A stretch of 64,000 bases of DNA, taken from the human T2T-CHM13v2.0 reference genome, Homo sapiens. Under the pieces are notes generated by a model. It did no database searches. It was not told the origin of the DNA and worked only from the letters and a program-made list of their open reading frames with translations. Made by a program: the position numbers and the translations under genes. The stretch is from assembly GCF_009914755.1 (NCBI RefSeq), contig NC_060926.1, one strand, 5' to 3'. Below are positions 55,973 through 64,000 of the stretch, piece by piece (the first letter of the stretch is position 1; each line of letters opens with the position of its first letter).

Positions 55973-58900
55973 AAAGGATATTGATACTCCCTATCAGAAA
56001 ATACTAAGACACATAGTGATCTGAAATAATATACAGATAAATGGTTCTCTTTTCTGGTTTAATGTGGAATATGCTGTAAATAATCAAAATATCCTAGATT
56101 CTTGAACAAATCCTATTGGAATGACAGTAGCAAGGATTGAACCCATTCCAAACAAGATTGACTCTTAATGGAATTATAAAAATCAGTAGGAACTATATCT
56201 CTTAAGCAAAAGCGGTCATTTTGTCCTAGTGGCATAAGCAGGAGCCCTCCACGTACACAACATCCAGCAGGGAGTCCAAGCCTGCAGTGAGCATATGATT
56301 TTGGATCTGCACTGCGATCTTCTCATCATCACATGTTTTATGGACAGAAACAAGTATTACATCAAATATACTGACAGAGTCCCCGGAGACAGCAATGGAA
56401 CAGAACTCCCTCAGCTGGCACGCAGGTGAAGGAGAGAGTCGTGTTTGTCTAAGATGGAGGTACTGTGAAGTTTGGAGTCACATTGCCTTTCTTCCAACTC
56501 CAACTTTAGTTAAAGGTGGAAGTGACCACAGACGCTGAAGGACAACATTCATCATCTGTGAGGAATTCTGTATTTACTGTATCATTGATTGATGATCCTG
56601 TATTTTCTGTCAACTCTCCATATAGCTGAAATTGAAAACTTTACAAATAACATAAACAGGACAGAGAGTAAAATGGGCATGGCTTAGGCATCATGCGTAG
56701 CATGGCAGTCCAGCATAGTTAGTCATGCCAAGACTGTTCCCTGCTGGCCTTGCCTCAACCCCTGCCACTCCCTGCATAGCGAGGGGCCCCACACTTTGCA
56801 ATTACTGCTACTGGAATTCCATGCTGTTGGAATTCCATGTCTTATTTTCAATTAGGCCCCTAGCCTATCCAGAAAACATTTCCAAAGTGACACTAGCAGT
56901 TAATTTTTTTCTCCTTCCCTTTCACCTCTAGTTTCCAGAAATATTCAAAGATCTCTACATAATAAAAACAAAATACTCATGTCTGTAGAAGAAATGGCTA
57001 AAATGTTTTCTTTCCTGGGTTCTACCACAGTTAGCAAAGTGTCTCGGTCTATTTTTGTAAACATGGTTTATAATCACACAGAAGCTTCATAAAATATTTT
57101 TGTATCCTATTTTCAACCTCACAGTCTCCTTAGATGTAAGTAGGAGATATGGAGCCATTTTCTCAATGATAAATGAAGGTTCTGAGCCATAAACTCCTGA
57201 TGGAAAATGCAGTGTACTAAATACTCTGTAGTGTACCCATATGTTTCAGAGTGCAGGGTGCATGAAAATGTGCCTATAATTTGGTCAATATCAAACCCCC
57301 CAAAACAGTGCTTATGTTCTCTAACTGTGTCCTACTGGTTAATAAAGAATACCATAAAAAGATTATGTGGTCTGCTTCTTTTTTAAATAAGCAACCTAGT
57401 TACCATACATTGTCTTTGGATTTAAGGCAGCTCAGTTCTTTGTGTGAGGGCAGTTTGCATCGTTCTCATATTTGCGTTTCGGGAAAATATGATCAAGTGT
57501 AGACTTATGTCAGTGGAGTAGGAGTGTTTCTACCTATCATAAGCTTGGTCTTCAATATGTAGTAGAGAACATCTCCCTAACCATTTTTGTGTGGGGCATA
57601 ATATTATTCTACAGAGTTGTTGCAATCAGCATTAACATAGTCAACAAGCTTCAGCTGAGGTAGTTGTGCAATAAATGTATGACCAGGAAATACTATAAAT
57701 ATCTTTCCTTTTATACTTCAGATCCTATTCTTCACAGTTAGAACCAGAAATAGACATACTAATATTCCAATCCTGTTCTCATTTATTTACCCAGGCTAGC
57801 ATTAGCTATCCCCTTGCCCTCTGGTTACAAGAGGTGAAATAGAGGCATGCTACATGGTATTAGGACAGGCAGAGATAAACCCTGGGAAGAATATCAAATA
57901 TGCATGAACAAATCATACAACTCCTCCAAGAGCTGGAATGAGAGAAATGAAGGAAAAACATGTACCTAGCTTTGGAGAATCCTAAAAGATACTTAAAAAC
58001 TGAGAAGAAATTGGAACTATTGCCTCTCTGAGGTAAGGAATTCCACCCTGCAGTAGATAAGATGTCTATTCATTCCCTGGCTCTGGGGAGCATATTGAGT
58101 TGGAGGGTGGAGGATGTGAGCCTGCCCTACCTCCCTCTCGAGCCTATACACAAACTCATCTGGGATGCATCTGCCCATCACACAGAGTCCTACTTGCTGT
58201 GAGATGTCCTCAAATTGCCCACTATCAGGGTCCCAGAAATTCTTTCGAATTCTGTAATTACATGTTTCAACACATATATTTGTATATATCTTTATGGTTT
58301 TAGGGGCTCCCAGGAATCTTGTTTCCTAAGAGATGGAGAAAACTCCTTGGAAAACCCATTCTAAGGGAAAGAGATTCAAGGTGCTGAAGCTCTGTTGTTG
58401 GAAAATATACTAGGACTGGGGTAAACTAATGCATGTAAGTACAATACATTTTGTGTTACACTAGATTTTCTTCTGGACCAACCCCTACAGACCCATGCAA
58501 GAGGGAAAAAAAGCCTGAAAGAGTGAATGTTCATTCACTAAAATGTTGATAAGACATTGAAAGCATCACACTGCGTTACATGGGAAAATAACAACTAAAT
58601 TCCAGGGGAAGAGTGGTATTGAGATACCCAGCACAGTGAATGGGCAGTGGGTGCGGTCACCATATAGGGCAGGAACGGAATTGTGAGACAGAGAAGGGGG
58701 AGAGCCTGTGTTCCTTTCTTTTTCTTAACTCTTCTTTTTTTTCCTTTTCTTCCCATTCCCTCAAAGTGACTTTAACCTTGGGTTTCCTTCTTCATGTCTT
58801 CATGACTCCATCTGTTCATTTAGCCAAGCACTAGTGAATGCCGCACAGTACCCAGCACTTAGCTAACCTCAGGATAGACGCAGACCAACAAAACATGCCT

Positions 58901-59124
58901 CTACCTTTAGGAAAACTCACAGTCAATAGCAAAGGCTTCCTTTCAGCCCTAATATCATTTTATAACTCTATATGTAACACCCGCAGTAATGGTGACAACA
59001 ATGTTGGTGAACTAAAATACGCATTGTCTTGTGTTTGTCAGCGCTTCCTGCCTGCAAAATACACCAGGGAATGGGCTAGAGGAACTTCACTGTGTCACAG
59101 CATCTTAGCACTAAAGCAAGTCTT

Positions 59125-60560
<1,436 letters not shown>

Positions 60561-61189
60561 AGCAAGTCTTTGTAAATTACCTGGAGGAATCACTTGCACT
60601 GGTTGGGAATGCGCTTTATGACATTCTTCAGTCCCCCTAATGCCTCTGTAGGATCTTCCATGAGGTTTACACATGTCAAAGTGAATAGATTTGGTCCCTG
60701 GGAACATGGGGTATAAATGTGATAAATGCTATAATAAAGGCATGCATGCAGTGCTACAGGGGTTGAAGTGATGAAGCAACAATTCTGCCTAAAATAGGAG
60801 GCTTGGTCAGAAAATGTAACTTTAAGAATGTTGTGTGCGTACACTCTCAGAGCACCGTACCTCAATGATCTTTCCCTTACTGCAGCACAAAGACAAGGGA
60901 GTGAGACATTATTCCTTCTACACACACTTTACAGCCCCGCCTTACTTAAGTTAATGAAGTTATCGCCTTTGAACTGAATAAGATGTTAAACTGTACTCTT
61001 CAATTTCTCACAGAATGTTGCCTGAGACCCAAAGCCAAAAGGGGTAATGCAGTGCCTAGGCATTTTGAAGCTGTGACCACTATGCACAGCAATAAAATCC
61101 TTCTATGTATGTGGTCACTGGACTTTCCCTCATCCACATATATCATTGACTTATTGCCTATAAAAGAGGGACTATTCCTAAGAGCCTAT

Positions 61190-61790
61190 ATTTGGAAACA
61201 ACCTAAGTGTTCATCAACCGATAAATGGGTAAAGAAAATGTGGTACATATACACCATGGAATACTATGCAGCCATAAAAAAAATGGAATCATGTCCTTTG
61301 CAGCAACATGGATGGAACCGGAGAACATTATGTTAAGTGAAATAAGCCCAGCACAAAAAGACAAATTTCACATGTTCTCACTCATTTGTGGGAGCTAAAA
61401 ATTAAAACAATTGAACTCATGGAGATAGAGAATAGAAGGTTACCAGAGTCTGGGAAGTGTAGCAGGGCTAGGGGAGAGTGAAGATGGTTAATGAGCACAA
61501 AAATATAGTTAGATAGAACTAATAAGATCCAGTGTTTGATAGCACAACAGGGTGACTACAGCCAACAATAACTTATTGTACATTTTAAAATAACTAAAAG
61601 AGTGGCACTGGTATATTCTTAACCAAAAGAAATGATCTGAGCTTGAGGCGATGGACACTCTATTTACCCTGATGTGATTGTTATGCATTGTATGCCTGTA
61701 TCAAAACATCTTATGTACCTCATAAATTATACACCTACTATGTACCCACCAAAATTAAAAAATCAAAAAACATTAAAAAGTATGTAAAAA
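61190..61790 (+). mobile_element. L1MA2/3-like 3' end
   Basis: gatagcacaacagggtgactacag...taccctgatgtgatt...ctactatgtacccac; degraded TSD aaaagaggg..ctat. Confidence 0.85.
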
Positions 61791-61822
61791 AAGAGGGGTC
61801 TATGGTTTGGGGACTTCTTTTC

Positions 61823-62223
61823 TGTATTAGTTTGCTAGGGCTGCAGTAATAAATTAACACACACTGGCTGGTTTAAGCAAAATAAATGTATTCTTTCCCA
61901 GTTCTGGAGCATGAGATCGCAGTGTTGTCGGGGTGAGTTTTCCTGGGGCTGTGAGGGAGGATCCCCACCAGGCCTCTCTCCTGGGCTTATTAATGGCCGT
62001 CTTCTATCTCTTTACTTTATCCTCCTTCCACGCATGGTTCTCTGTGTCTACATTTCCACTTCTTTTTTTTAATTGCAACAGTGTCTTGCTCTGTTGCCCA
62101 GGTTGGAGGGCAGTGGTGTGTTCTCAGCTAACTGCAACCCCTACCTCCCGGGCTCCAGCAATCCTCCCATTTCAGCCTCCGGAATAGCTGAGATGACAAG
62201 CTCACGTCACCATGCTTGACTAA

Positions 62224-62262
<39 letters not shown>

Positions 62263-62545
62263 TTTTAGTAGAAATGGGTTTTCACAATGCTGCCCAGGCT
62301 GGTCTCTAACTCCTGAGCTCAAGTGATCCTCCCACCTCAGCCTCCCAAAGTGCTGGGATTACAGGTGTGCACCACTGCACCAGGCCCATTTCCCATTTTT
62401 ATATTGTGTTTGGACCCACCCCACTGGCCTGGTTTTAAATTGATCATCTGCAAAGGACCTCTCTCCAAATAAGCTCCCACTCTGAGGTATTCAGGAATTA
62501 CACCTCAAAGTATTTATTTTGAGAAACATAATTCAACTCATAATA
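61823..62545 (-). mobile_element. MLT1B/C-type LTR split by AluJ
   Basis: tgtattagtttgctagggctgc...ctccaaataagctcccactctgaggta...aattcaactcataata. Confidence 0.8.
62062..62386 (-). mobile_element. AluJ with (TG)17 in the central linker
   Basis: Antisense Alu; (TG)17 at 62226-62259. Confidence 0.9.
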
Positions 62546-63030
62546 GCCCATTATCTGACCCTTAAAGATTCATGTCCTTCTTATATGAAAAATATATTTA
62601 CCACATCCCAACATCTCCAAAAGCCTGAATGCAGTCCAGCGTGAAGCCTAAGTCCAAAACCTCATCTAAATATCTCATCAAATATGAGTGCAACTCAGGC
62701 TTTGATTCATCCTTCAGCAAAATTCCCTTTCAGCTGTGGATCTATGAGACTAGACTGCATATCTACTTTTAAAATACAATGATGGAACAGGCATCGAATA
62801 GACATTTCCATTCCATAAGGGGGAGATCAGAAGAGAAAAAAAAAAGGATTACTAATCCCAAACAAGTCCCAAACCTATCAGGGAAAATTCCCTTCAATTC
62901 CAGACCTCAGAAGAATCTTCTCTGGCTAGATTCTCTGCCCTCTGGTCCTCCAACCCTTTCATTGTCCCCTCACCAACTCTTGGGGACTTGGTGTGGGAGT
63001 CAAGACTCATCAGCGCCAAGCTGTGGGCTT
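62546..63030 (-). mobile_element. MaLR (MLT1) internal sequence, 3' end adjoining its LTR
   Basis: gattcatgtccttc...aaaatacaatgatggaacaggcatcgaatagacatttccattcc...caagtcccaaacc matches antisense MaLR-int. Confidence 0.75.
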
Positions 63031-64000
63031 TCAATTTGGTGGGGAGTGCAGAGGAGATTGGGACACACAGAGACTGGAGCAAAACTCTAGCCTGAACACA
63101 CGGAGGCTGGGCCCTGGCCAGAGCTGCCCTGGAAGGAGAGCGAGCAGTGGCCTCTCCCACAGTCGGGTGGTGCAAACACTCCGGATATGTCCCTGAAGCA
63201 GAGGCATGTGATGGAAGGAAGTGGAACAGAGCCACCCTGGAATGACCTTGTCAGAGCAGGCCTTGTTGTAAGTGACTATATCAAGGGCGTCAAGCAAGGG
63301 TGTTCACACCTAGGAAGGGCACCCAAAATGGAACCTCAAGGATCATCTGGAGACGCAATTCCCCACAACAGAGAAGGTGGCCCTGCTGCGATGGGTTCAT
63401 TCTTATAATAACCCATCAAGGAGGCCCAGCAGCTGGAATCCTGGCATGTCAACGGGCATTCAGCAGCCAAGTGAGAAGCACACAGCATCGGCTACATGAA
63501 GATAGACTTTGCCCCTTTCTCTTCTGAGCCCTTCCCATCTCCTGGTTCCCCAGCAGCCAGAAGGCAGGACGGGGAGGCAGGAGTGTAAAACACCAGAACT
63601 GCCACCTTGTCTCTAATTCACAGTCAGCCCAAGCTAGACCTGAGGGGGGATCTCTAGGCTGGTGGGAAGAGAATCACAGAGCTGTGTCCTGATCACACTG
63701 CACTTCATCCAGCCTGTCAAGTGCACCATTTACACACCCAAGCACAGATCCAAATGGTACTCGGGACCAAAGGAAAATCATGTTAATTTTTATTGTAACA
63801 TGGACTCTCCGCTGCTGTGGGAGAAAAAAATAATGAGGAATCTGATACTCACCCAGGTTAAAAGAGCATTACTGAGACTGAAGTAGGCTGTGGATATCTG
63901 CAGGCAACTTGGATTGCTTTATGTGCCTTTCTTACATTCCACATTTCTATGGGAAATATGTGCTGCCTTCAAATGGAGGAAGAGAAAACAATAAATACCA

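Overview
Primate (very probably human) nuclear DNA, intergenic or deep-intronic. It is dominated by transposon remnants: 18 Alu/FLAM copies, L1PA/PB/MA/MB/MC/ME and HAL1-like pieces, L2/MIR, MaLR (THE1/MST/MLT1), MLT2/ERVL, Tigger1, MER5 and MADE1. I recognise no protein-coding exon, RNA gene or processed pseudogene, and cannot name the locus. The supplied ORFs come from Alu, L1, Tigger or microsatellite sequence, or are chance. The main non-repeat landmark is a ~1.1 kb CpG island (~52330-53410) with a GC box, a GC-skew switch, G4 motifs, a Kozak ATG, a splice donor and a nearby AP-1/TEAD cluster, i.e. a candidate promoter or enhancer. The most unusual observations are (1) an apparent chimeric retrocopy, a polyadenylated MER31-like LTR end fused to an L1PB 3' fragment inside one TSD (30907-31956); (2) a 258-bp unique island between inverted Alus carrying an E-box, a palindromic D-box pair and a candidate 112-nt exon; (3) a 301-nt pure-purine expanded Alu tail ending in (GAAAA)10; (4) a half-MADE1 nested in L1; (5) an ancient L2 that is CpG- and motif-rich. 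I find no support for a novel multi-gene system. Repeat subfamily calls are from remembered consensus sequences, and boundaries of old elements are approximate.
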